NCBI GenBank assembly: GCA_000320545.1
Contig: ADNK01000163.1
Location: 1 to 37,623, forward strand
Direction: 5' to 3'
Length of the DNA: 37,623 bases
Origin: Bigelowiella natans CCMP2755
Taxonomy: Eukaryota; Protista; Cercozoa
The notes beneath the pieces were generated by a model. The model had not been told where the DNA came from and ran no database searches. It was given only the letters and a program-made list of their open reading frames with translations. How positions within the stretch are numbered: the first letter of the stretch is position 1; each line of letters opens with the position of its first letter. Shown in pieces: positions 12,197 to 23,680 of this stretch. The position numbers were made by a program, and so were the translations under genes.

Positions 12197-12422
12197 ACTG
12201 CGTTGGGGCGAGGCGGAGGGGCTTGGGTTTCCCTTCGTCGACCAAACGCTTGTAGTCAGATATTATTCGAAGTTTTCGGCTTGTTTTTTTGTCTGCCGCT
12301 GCTGCTCGAGCTGCGTACGACGACAAGGAAAATACATGTGAATTCGCCGTTCCGTCAGCTTTGATTCATTGTCGCAGTGTCAGAAAACGACCCGCAAACG
12401 TGTGTGCGTGTGGCTGCGGCGG
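12197..12422. promoter_or_regulatory. Putative bidirectional promoter PARN / C9orf78
   Basis: 226 bp between divergent start codons; CpG-containing and free of microsatellites. Confidence 0.65.
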
Positions 12423-13773
12423 ATGTTTAAGAAGCGAGGAAAGAGGAGACGGCAGAACTTTCGCCAAGCCTCCCAGGACCTGGGAGATGACGAGCCTTTG
12501 GGGTAACGTTGCATTTGAGCAGGGAGGAATGTAGATTTGATGGTTTGTCCTCCAATCAGCCGAACCGTGGAGGGAATAAAGTTCCTGCAGAAGTTCAGGG
12601 GGAAGAAGAGAGGTATTAAAGCTGGCATCGAGGACGAGGATCAGGATGAAGAAAACGAGGAGATAACTACTGAGGAACCCACAGCGCACTTTCTTGGAGC
12701 GTATCAACAAGGAATGGCTGTCAAAGAGGACGAAAAAGATGCGAAGCTCATGTAGGGAGTGTGATTTTGAAGATGGAATGGTTATTTGGCTGATTAGTTC
12801 CTCGCAGGAAAATCTACATCGAGGAAGAAGTGCGAAAGCGAAAGAAACAGAAACTTGACGAAGATAGTAGGACAGATAGCCAGCAGGATGAAGCAAGTAT
12901 CGATCTAACATGCGTTTTATTTGCAGAGAGCATTGTCGCTTATTCTTAAATCTCTCAGGTGCCGGGAAGAAAAAAGTCCTGGATGAAACTGAAGAATACC
13001 TGAAGGTAAATCATCAAGCAACCCCCCCCCCCCCACCCCCTCCCTCATCAGCACAGAGAAAGACAAAATCAAATACTATTGCTTCCAGAAAATCAATGAG
13101 GAGGGTCGAATCACGGAGCAGAGAGGAAGTCAAAGCTGGTCCGCAGGGATTACGGAGATCTCCTTACCGATCAGGTAGTAAGTAGCATCCTTTTATCAAT
13201 TCCAGATAAAACCCATTGGAGCTGTCATCACGAGTTGACCGGATTTCGTTAGTGTCAAACTTCGGAACATCGAGGAAACGGAGAAGGCGAAGCAGAAGAT
13301 GCTCGGGAAGAAGGGGACGGTAAAATCGAACCTCCCTTAATACTCAGTGACCCCTTGATTCCCATTTAACCACTCCTGCATCCGTGTTTTTCACAGCAGG
13401 AAGAGGCAGACAAGAAGAAGAAGAAAAAGAATTCTGAGAAGGATCCGAGAAACTCAAACTACTCCTCAAACTTCAATCAGCATCAACGAGGTGTCGCCGG
13501 ACATTATTTTAGCACTGTGCATGCGTTAATATTGAAATAACCTTTCTGCAGCGTACGTTCAACGGATGCGGGAAAGCAGAGAGATGCGTGCTGGACCAGA
13601 AAAGCCAGCGGAGAAAAAACCTGTCAAGGTGATTCAGTACCAATATTATGTTAAAAGTGACGAGAATCTTACGCCATATATTTGCCTTATATCCACAGGG
13701 GGAGAAGGTGCCATACTCCACAGACGATCGTGTTGTGGCCAGATTTATCAAGAGGAATCGATACAGGAGGTAG
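12423..13773 (+). CDS. C9orf78: C9orf78/Tls1 (Hep_59 family) spliceosome-associated factor; 9 exons
   Basis: MFKKRGKRRRQNFR..|RTVEGIKFLQKFRGKKRGI..DAKLM|KIYIEEEVRKRK..|WSAGITEISLPIS|VKLRNIEETEKAKQKML..NYSSNFNQHQR..|YSTDDRVVARFIKRNRYRR*. This reproduces the family motifs Q..R.R..GI, M..YIE.E, GI.EV.L..K.KNIE.TE.AK and terminal TDD....F.K. Eight short introns are all phase-consistent. Confidence 0.9.
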
Positions 13774-14599
13774 CCCGTACAAAAGATGTGGAGATGTCGG
13801 GAATGACGTTATATCTATTCGGAGCCATTATACGGATTTTCGCAGCGAATCTACATGTGACTGTGAGCCGAATATGTTGCTATTGTGGTGCGTGGCCTGC
13901 CGGTCTGTTAGTGAAGCCAATGAGGCGAAGAACCTTTGGTATATGTTGGCGGTGTGAAAGTATTGTGACAAGGACCCACTCAACGCAAAATCTGAAGTGC
14001 AGAATTTATTCGTTTGTAGATTACGTGCATGCGAAAGTCGAAAGTTGGGAATCATGAGACATGATGTGCAGTTGCATGTATTGCAGGATGAAACATGTGT
14101 TTGCATTATAGCTTTACATAGGTCTATGCTATGTGCATTCTGTACATCATATGCTACGCGGCGCACAGTATCTATAATCAAGAGTAGATTGCTCTGCGTC
14201 GCAAGTCATGCCTAGCAGCGACAACAGATACAGCACAAATTGAATTCGTTCAATGGTCATCTCTGCTGCAAATCAATCTAGCAATTGCTGTGCTATGATG
14301 TGCCCTTCTCAGATTTGTGAACATGTGCCGCATGCGCGACTCAAAGCGCTATCGTACACATGCTAGCATGCTTCGCAAAGCTGACATGGTGGCATGACGC
14401 AAGTCAGATGAAATGAGTGTGATGTTGGAAGGCAACAAAGACAAGAAACAAAGAGGTAGTTCGAAGGCGCATGGAACATGAAATTCTGCACATTCGATGC
14501 ACTGTCAACTCATTGTGACATCATTTGGTCAGACACCAGTCCTCCCAACTTCGTCGCATACGTTTTTGGCAAACGCACGCACATCACGGCAAACACGTG

Positions 14600-15265
14600 C
14601 TAGGTCCAAGACACTGACGAAGCACACAGCTCTCTTCGCATGGACCTGAATTCTCGTTTCGACAGTTCACCACGGTCTCTCTGAAGCTGAAGATCGTTAA
14701 ACTTTTCTAGCACTCCCACATAGTTTTCAGGGTCCTCTAGTAAATTACGGTGGTTCTGCGTAGACGAGAAAGCCAAATAAACACAAACAGTGCTAGGGTG
14801 CATACATTGTACAGACGATCATTGACCATCATGTACCCATTGCATCAGGGAAAAATCAGGAAAACAGACTCCGACGAATCCACATTGGCCCCTCTCTCTC
14901 TCTTTGTCTCCCTCTCTGCCCTTGTCACCTGTGCATCTCGGCACGTAAGTTTGTGGTGCAAGGTACGATTTTTGGGTATTCGCTCGAGATCCAAGTGAGA
15001 GGTCATCACTGGCGTGAGGACCTTCGCCGTGCCGTTGCGGCAAAAATCAAAAACGGTGATGCATCCACAGGGCTGGTCTACAAGCCGAACGTGTGTCTCC
15101 ATGTATGCAAACTCTAAGTTGTGGAAGCAGTTTCAGGCCTATTAGCATGATTGAGCAAACCCCCTCTCTCACTACAAAAAGTGAAAACAACAGCACAAAC
15201 ATCCAACGAAGATGTCCATCATGCGCACTACAAGCAAGCTGGAAGGTTTCTCTCTTTACCTCCTC

Positions 15266-15317
<52 letters not shown>

Positions 15318-15747
15318 CCCCCTCCTCCCCCATAACACACATACACACGCACACACATCCCATATGCACACGACTAAATCCGCGTAATATGAAGCACCGG
15401 AGAGAATGATTTTGTTGACGAACTCGTGCCCCACGATGACCATGTGCTTTCCAGGATACTTGGCCTTTTTTTATAGATTCGAGATTGCATTCCATCATTA
15501 TATACCTTAGCCGGAATTAAACTGTTTTTTGTAGGGTTGGAATCTGTCCCCTGTCTTTCTCCCCCCCCTCTCTCTGCTCTTTATGTATGCATGGTGCTAT
15601 TACGAATGCTCCAAATCCCATATGAACCATCGCTTTCGTTACTCTCATGGAGAACTTCTCCATGCTCCTGATCAATTATTAGGACAGAAAATCATGTCCA
15701 AAGATCAACATCAAAGCGCGTCTTCAATGGTGCAGAATGATAGGCGT

Positions 15748-15824
<77 letters not shown>

Positions 15825-16057
15825 AATATACATATATATATTTCACTGTTGTGTTGGTGACCATCAAAAGCAGCTCTAGTTACAAGAAACTTACTCGCCG
15901 TCGGGAGCGCGTTTTCTGAGATCTCCTTCGGACCACGCAGATACTAGTTTGTCGTAAGCCTGAAGAGGATGATGAAGCATAGATGCGGGCATATACCGAA
16001 CACGATAAGATATTACGTCTGTACAAATTTAGTTCATGCAAATCTTTACCTCCCTCG

Positions 16058-16096
<39 letters not shown>

Positions 16097-16127
16097 GCCC
16101 CTTTCTCTCTGCCTATGTGAATATGTG

Positions 16128-16170
<43 letters not shown>

Positions 16171-16531
16171 CGTCAACAATGAAAACAGCAAGATAATTCA
16201 TAGCATTGGCGCGTGATATTCTGTGCTTTACGCGTTTGCGGGAGTCGCCGGATTCGTTCTTGTAGCCACCGTGCAGGTCTCCCAGATCGATCTCGTCAAG
16301 CTGAATGGGAGGAGGGTGAGCAGGAGGAAAAGGAGGAGAAACTACGAAGAAGCAGCATGTTTAATGATTCAGCCATGACCACTGATATCGTCACTACTCC
16401 TTTTCAATCTCCAAAGCATATTGGGTACGCGCTTTGGCGCGAATATTTTATTACCTCTAAGTCGTATGCCCTCCGGGCCTTTCGATGCCAGTGAGCGACT
16501 ATTAGGAGGGATGTAGCATATGAAACCCCGT

Positions 16532-16572
<41 letters not shown>

Positions 16573-16685
16573 TACACCTCAAACTACAACGTGTCAATCA
16601 TGTGACGAGCGCTCAAGCGCACTCTACGAGAGGGAGGAAAGAAGTGGAAGGGGGATGCTGCACTCACATAGTTGTGTCAAGTTCG

Positions 16686-16723
<38 letters not shown>

Positions 16724-17078
16724 GCACGTATGTATAGAGATAATTTCATTTAAAGCATAGCTCTCGAAGATGATCTATCTATCTCCCAGAAGCAACTCAT
16801 CGTGCGGTACTTCTATGTGCGGTGACTGCCGCATCAACGGAGGCCGACGTTGCTATCAGGTCGATGGGACAATTACGCAAGAGCAGCCCAAGTGCCTTCC
16901 CACGCACAAACACACCAGCCAAAAGATATACCGATCAGTAGAGAGATGGGGAGAGGAATGCATCGTTTTGGGCTGTCTATGCTTTCAACTTCGAGAAGCT
17001 TTACTCTAAAACTTACTTAAAAACGACAAACGATGATTTGAAACCATCAAAACAAGCACACATTCCCCCCCCCCCCCC

Positions 17079-17142
<64 letters not shown>

Positions 17143-17879
17143 ATCCCCTACCCCTTCTAATACTACAGAACCTCAGCCTGCAACGAGCCTTTCTCATTTA
17201 GTGGGCAGTCCTTAATTCCTTGAATGCGGTTCTAGTAGGGGAGGGGACAGAGAAGACGTAGTGGTCGAAGTTAAGAGCTTCCTTCGCACATTCGAAGCAG
17301 GGCTATTTTGTCAATTATTATTCATCATTGTTATTAATGATCATCGCCCCGGTTATCATTTGTAAGAGGATGCACAAAAATAGGTCGGACAAAGGCTGCA
17401 CCGTATCCGTGAGATCGTTGGATCCATGCCTGCAAAGGTAGATACGCTGCCAAAACGGCTCGAGCTGATTGTGTAACATGAGAATAATGATGAGAATAAT
17501 GATGCCGATGGTGATGACGCGTTATGTGTAGTGGTCGAAACCAGCCCCCCCCCTCTCTTGCCAACTAGGCTCACGAAATACAGCTTGCAAAATTCGGATA
17601 CCGGTGGCAGCCTCTGTTGGAGGTCCGGAAATCTATCACACTCTGGAGAACTGGGGGGGGGCTACGAATTATATAATTATAATCAGAAAGTGAGAGAGAA
17701 AGAAAAGTCAGAGATAGGAGAGAGGGCGAGGGAGCGGTAGGAGTGGGGGTGGCAAGAGTGGGAAAGAAGATAATGCTACAGGCAGTAGTAGCGGTCTTAC
17801 ATGAATAGGTCTCCAGAATATGGATTTCTTGCTTCGTGGTATGCGCTCCCTACAAGAAAGATATGTGTATTATCATTAC

Positions 17880-17948
<69 letters not shown>

Positions 17949-18366
17949 CGATCGATCTATCGATCAGCCGTAGCTCTGGCGTGAGGCCAGATTGACGCGA
18001 AATTGTATATGTAGATGTGTTGGTGTAGGGGACATGGTACCAAGCAGGCTTGAAAACATGGCGGAGCGTTGGTGGGTCGTCCGGGGAGTCAGTCGTAGGA
18101 GGAGCCTCCTGGCTCGAAGGTGTGTCGACGTCAGAAAAGGTCGGGTTTGTGCGCAACCTTCGGAAGGGGGGATGGGGATGCTTGACTGCCCAAAATCGCA
18201 GAGTCTAATGAAAATATGCGAATAGATCCACCCAGTTAGATAGCAACACCCTGCCAAAAAGAGCTTTGAAAGCTGATGTTCGGATACCCACCCAGATCAT
18301 ACTCGAAGCCAGGACAGCCATCACACGGCATCTCCTCGTAGGTTTGAAGCTGCATTGTCGGGTCAT
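14600..18366 (-). CDS. Histidine phosphatase / phosphoglycerate mutase-like protein (His_Phos_1) with N-terminal extension and SHOCT-like C-terminus; multi-exon
   Basis: RIYLCRHGSNDLTDT|NRIQGIKDCPLNEKGSLQAE|ALGLLLRNCPIDLIATSASVDAAVTAHR|IAHWHRKARRAYDLE|LDEIDLGDLHG..|AWSEGDLRKRAPDGE|SMEKFSMRV..|YPGKHMVIVGHEFVNKIILS|..QPCGCITVFDF..VMTSHL. The RHG, QG..D.PLN..G..QA, L.E.D.G, PGGES-like and V.H motifs are in the correct order. The start codon and first exons are tentative. Confidence 0.88.
15752..15840. repeat. Compound (AC)n(AT)n microsatellite, intronic
   Basis: Read directly; lies in a phosphatase-gene intron. Confidence 0.95.
17066..17140. repeat. Poly-C plus (CT)n microsatellite, intronic
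   Basis: Read directly; lies in a phosphatase-gene intron. Confidence 0.9.
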
Positions 18367-18661
18367 TGAGTCCAAGGCGTGCAGCCTTGACGATTAGTTT
18401 TGGGCGGCTTTGAGCGGCGCGAGTAGATGACTAGCTCTCATTAATGCTCAAATCTCGCGAACACGAGAGGTGGAGGAGGATAGACGCATGGGTGTTCAAA
18501 TCGACCTTTATTCTGTTGCGACTTTATAAATCGCGACAAGTATTATGGACTGAATCGTCCTATTTTCACCTGCATATATGGCGATTTAACCTGGAGAGAG
18601 TCGACAAGATAGCGCTGAATATTTGGTGGCGGGAAGCCATTTGCCATCCGGTCGATCGGCA
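18367..18661. promoter_or_regulatory. Putative bidirectional promoter histidine phosphatase / CENP-S
   Basis: About 295 bp between divergent starts. Contains TTTTGGGCGG, two TCGCGA palindromes and TTCAAA. Confidence 0.6.
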
Positions 18662-19688
18662 ATGGCTCCCGGCCCGCTCTCCAGCAGCGAAGACGAGGAT
18701 GGCGACGGCCGTAACAGGAGCAGTTCTTCTTCTTCGTCAGCCTCCTCGGAGCCATTTTCCTCCCAACAAGTTCAGGACGCCAATGAGGTGCTACAAGCTC
18801 AACGAACCAAGAAGGCGAGGGAAGCCGTCCACTACATCGTTGCCAAGATGTGCGATGAGAACAAAGGTGCTAGCTCATCAAATCAACGGGAAATTTTCGA
18901 CATTTGTGAACATAAAAGTACCGTAATTTTTCGCAACGATTCATGCCTTCTCATCCACCATGGTAATATAACAAAAGCTGAAGGGCTGAGCTTTAGCAAG
19001 GAGTTCGTCTACGGTCTCTCCGAACTCGCCTGTTCCTGGATTGGGCGATTCGGGAGGGACCTTGGTCACTTCGCGACGCATGCCGGAAGAAAAGTGTTTC
19101 GGCCGGACGATGTTTTGCTTCTCGCCCGGAACAATGAAAGCGCTTTGAACCACTTGAAGTCACTCGTGGACGCCAAGAAACTAGGACAAATGCGAAAGAA
19201 ACGCCCCAGCACTCAGCGAAAGAACCTCAGAAAAGGGAAGAAGAAATCTCTCCGAAAAAGGTGAGCATTCCTACCCTTTCCCCACATATTGTAACTCGCG
19301 ACTAACTCTACGCTGTTCCTCTTCTTTGTTTTTGTTTAAACTTGAAGGAACACAAACTTAGATCTTGAAGACGGCAGTGATTGCTGTGAAATAGTTGCGA
19401 GTTCCAAAACGACGTTGCCACCACCGCGAAAGAAATCACGGAATAAATCGTATGTATCCTACTGATTCTCTCCTATCTAATTGATTTTTTTTTTCTTTGC
19501 TTTAGAAGTATATCGTCTCATCATCTGATATGGCTCCCAGGAAAATATTAGTGGATTCTGATGAAGACGAAAATCTAGACAGCGACGATGGAAGTGATGC
19601 TATAGTCAACGTGTTGCTCGGAAAGTCGCCGCCTGCACAGTCCACGGAGAAAAATGATGTTTTCTGCTCTCTTCCAGGAAGCTCCTGA
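18662..19688 (+). CDS. CENPS: CENP-S / MHF1 histone-fold protein with long C-terminal extension
   Basis: KAREAVHYIVAKMCDENK|AEGLSFSKEFVYGLSELACSWIGRFGRDLGHFATHAGRKVFRPDDVLLLARNNESALNHL matches the CENP-S signature (A.HY.V..IC, F....I.AL.E, DL..FA.HA.R..I...DV.L..R.N..L). The downstream exons after the 19261 donor are less certain; stop at 19686-19688. Confidence 0.9.
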
Positions 19689-20299
19689 AAATGAATAAAT
19701 GCAAATGAATTGTCACTGTTTCTGGAAATAAACCACTATACGGCAACTCGCGTCTAGCCCAGCATGCACTAGGGTAGAGAATATAGGCTAGAAGCGCACA
19801 CGCTAGAGTTTGCATAGTTTCGCATAGCATCGGGGCGAGCACATGCATCATTGATGACCCACATCGCCACCGCTGACAACATTCGATGGACGCTGCTTTA
19901 TCAACATAAGCGCAGAGTGCTGCACGCCGATTAAGACAATACTAGCGTCGCTAGTGTATAGCAACATTGTTGAATGAAATCCCTCGTATTAAAATTCATA
20001 GGCATAGCCAGGCTGCATACTCGACTAATTGTAGATATATGCCGTCGTCGCCGATAATAACAACTATCGGCATCTATCTAGCCAGAAGGCTATCGGTAGC
20101 CTATAATAATGCGAGTGAAAGCGGCATGCTATAATGCATGAGCAAGCTACGCTACGTACATGCGCGTGCAATAGCATTTCTAGATATGTGAAGCGGCATG
20201 ATGCTGCGCGGTCTTCAGCATTCAGATTAGCAGTATGAAAGAAGACATTAGGCCATTTGACCTCAGAAAGCACGAGCTCTAAGCTTGCTCCTTGGAGCT

Positions 20300-22860
20300 T
20301 CACTTGTCCATGGAAAACCTCGTTCTACTGCGGCTTCGCGACCGTGACCTTGTACGCCGAGGCCTAAGATTGTGCTCAAGGACTTGTTCCTTTTCGCTGC
20401 CTGGCTTCCCCTGTCCTTCCGGAAGACTATGGCCCACGTCCTCTGCTGCCGCCACCGACCTCATTCGTGAGGATGAGACGGAAGGGGAGGCATTTGATAC
20501 TCTACTTTTGGCGTCTAGAACGGTGGCGAGATTCAAACTTTCCCCTAAATGACTGATTCTTCCACTTAAATTTGGCTTCCGTCTCCTCTGCCTCGACCTC
20601 TCTGTGCTCTTCGTATCATCAAGTGGGAGCTTGGTGACCTGGGTTTGCCCCTCGATAGCATTGTTCGGCTTGGCATCCGCAGCAACAGGTATAGATTCCG
20701 GGCGAGGGATTGGGTGAGACTCAGAGCTCGCTCCTCCCGTCCCTATTTCTCCTGATGTTGTTGGTGCTGCAGCCCCTTCGGTCTTAGATGCTAGATTCGG
20801 ACTAGGTCTCCCAGCCTTTCCTTCCTGGAAAATAAGGAATCAAATGATTAGAAGTTGTTTGACTGAAGCCAACCGTTGTCGCCCGCTAGCACACACTCAC
20901 AAATACACTCTTTGCTATTTTGGCCTCAGATTCGAGCCTTTCGCATATTCATGCCACAGCAAATATCAAAATTACGGACGTGAAGAGTCCTTTCCCTCTC
21001 CTTGCTGTCGTCGCTTTTTTGGGATAATGGCTTTTCAGGGGGGGGGCGTTCTCCATCGCTAGGAGATACTTGAACCTCTAATTTCCCCCTTCCTGCCTCT
21101 TGCCGATCATCTGACAGGCATTGCTGTTCCAGCAATTTTTCTTGATCTGTCTTCTCCTCCACTTTTACATCCACAGTGGTCGTTGTAGCAGCAGCAGCGA
21201 GGCCTCCCTCGCTATTTTCCAGAGCCATTTCTTGTTGCTCTAGCGTTATTGTTTCCTCTCTGCCTCCCGTCTGCGAGGGCATCCTTGGCCCCGAATGCTT
21301 GCTATCATCCTTCAGAACAGCAGATCCTGAGTCTTCCAGGCCTCGACTCGCTAGGGCGCCTGCCTTTTCGTGGCACATTGACTGTTCTCGCTCGTCAACA
21401 GCCCCTCTCTGCACGTGATGATGAGATGCCGCTTTTTGACTTGGTTTCTTCTCTAATGGGGATGAAACCTCTTCGCTATTTGCAGAAGCTGCTTTTGGGC
21501 GGTCCTGTTGTTTTGTGGTGCTTGTACCAGCTTTGCTATTCCCCTTTTCCCTCTCCGCCTCCGTCTTCTCCTCCATCTTCTCCTCCATCCCCTTCCCTCC
21601 TGTCACACCCCGATCACTTGTAATGATGCTACCGCTGTCTCTTCCCTGCTGTCTCTCATCATCGTCTTCCTGCCGCAGCCGAATCTGCGATTTATGGTTA
21701 TTATCATTATTATCATCATTTCCCAATGTACCCCTCCTTGTTGGCTTCACAGACACTGTCGTCTTCGTCTTTGTGACCGTCTTCGACGACGACCACTCCA
21801 ACGTTTTAGTAGTAGGCTGATGATAGGAAGGACTTGCTCCTGTTGTTCCCAGCGCACAGTCAGGGCCTTTCTGCTGGATTGCAGCAATGGCTATGTTCTC
21901 CTTATTCTTCTTCTTGTTATCAATTATCGCCTGTAGTGATAGTGGTGGTGATGGTAGTAGTAGTAGCAGCAGCAGAAGTAGGAATGAGGAGGTGTCAGTT
22001 GTTGATGATCGCCGTTATAAATAACGTCAGTGCATAATACACGTGGGTGGGAAGGAAATTGAAGAAGAGAACGTGCTGGCAGCAGTTGGACGCATGCAGT
22101 GCCACAATTACCTTGAGCTTGGCGAGTTTTGAGATAAACGGCGTGAATTTCCCCACAGCGTCTTTGTGCGCCCTCAGCGACCGAACGAGCAAATTGGACT
22201 GCTTGGCTTCCCCTAGGAGTCTGTACTTCATTACCGCCGTGTACAGCTCCGCCTTCTTGCTTATTTGCTCCTCATGGCGGCTTTGCCGGCTCGCGTTCCT
22301 GTATGTAGCAGCAGTAACAACAACAACAACAACGACGACGACGACAGCAACAGCAACAACGTGGAGCGAGGCGTGAGCTCTCAGAGACTTCAGCGTTTGT
22401 TCCGTGTGCGGAATGGAGGGTAATCGGCCAATGCATCACTGCAATTGCTGCACTCTGCGTCGAATGTGGGGAGATAAGAATACAAAACAGCGTACTAGGA
22501 GTTGTGCTCGCAGGGGTGTCCCAAGGTGCATGTGCACGCGAAAATCGATCAAAAGACGAATGCGTGTGAGACAATAATAGCAATAGAGATCCCCTCCATT
22601 ATTACATTTCGAAGGCCCCGTGGACGCTCTTTGCATGTTTCTCGCACTCGAGGTTAAACCTCTGCAGCCCCCTCATCTGGTCTTCCCTCAGAGCCTCCAC
22701 GAGCGCTCGTAACGCTCCTAGCTGGTTATCTCTAAGAGCCTGCATGTGCTTCCTGAGCTTCGAGAACCTGTCCTGCATCGCGTCGCTTCCCCTCGAAAAC
22801 TGCAGCAGCAGCGAGGTAGATTTCACTTTGGAGGCTTCAAATTCTCCTGTTTATACATAC

Positions 22861-22892
<32 letters not shown>

Positions 22893-23649
22893 TATCATGC
22901 GTGTGCCTTGTGCGAGTGTCCGATGTACAAGGTGGTGTGCTGATATTATGGACAGAACCCTTCTGCTGCTGGAGGGCCTTCTGCGCTTCGGAGAGCTGTG
23001 CCTTCGTGATCTCTAGGTCCTCCCTCCCGGTTTGCATCCGCGACAGCAAAGACTCCTTCTCCCGCTGATGCTGGTCAGCCTCGGTCGTCAGCCTTCCCTG
23101 CATCCTCCGGAGATGCTTCAGAGATACTTGCTTCAGAGACTTTTTGGTGTTCTCGAATTCTAAAAGAAGCCGCTGCCGCTCACGGCTGTCCCTTGCCTTC
23201 GCCTCCTGGAGGTTTTGGCGCAGGTCTGCCTCCCCGGCCTTCTTGATTCCTTCAACCTCCTCGATGTGTCTCCGAGTCAGCTCGTCGATGAGGTGCCGCT
23301 TCATCTCAGTGTGGGTTCTTTCAAAGTCATCGAGAAGCCGTTGCCGCTCCTCGCTGTCTTGCGCTTTCGTCTCCTCGAGGCTGTGTTGCAAATCTTCCTC
23401 GCCGGCCTTCTTTATGCGCTCGACCTCCTCCTGATGCTTGCGCGTCAACTCTTCGATGAGCTGCTCCCTCCTCTCCTTCATCAATGCAGTCTTCCTTGCA
23501 TTCTCCTCTTCCATATTCTTTATCACCTGAGCGAGGTGTTGCTGCAGTGCGGACAGCTTGCCTTCGGACTCCTTCGCGGCATCGCCGAGCTTTTTCGCGA
23601 GTATTGCGCCTTGTTATGCGGTACAAACGACATTAGCAGCAGCAACAGG

Positions 23650-23680
<31 letters not shown>

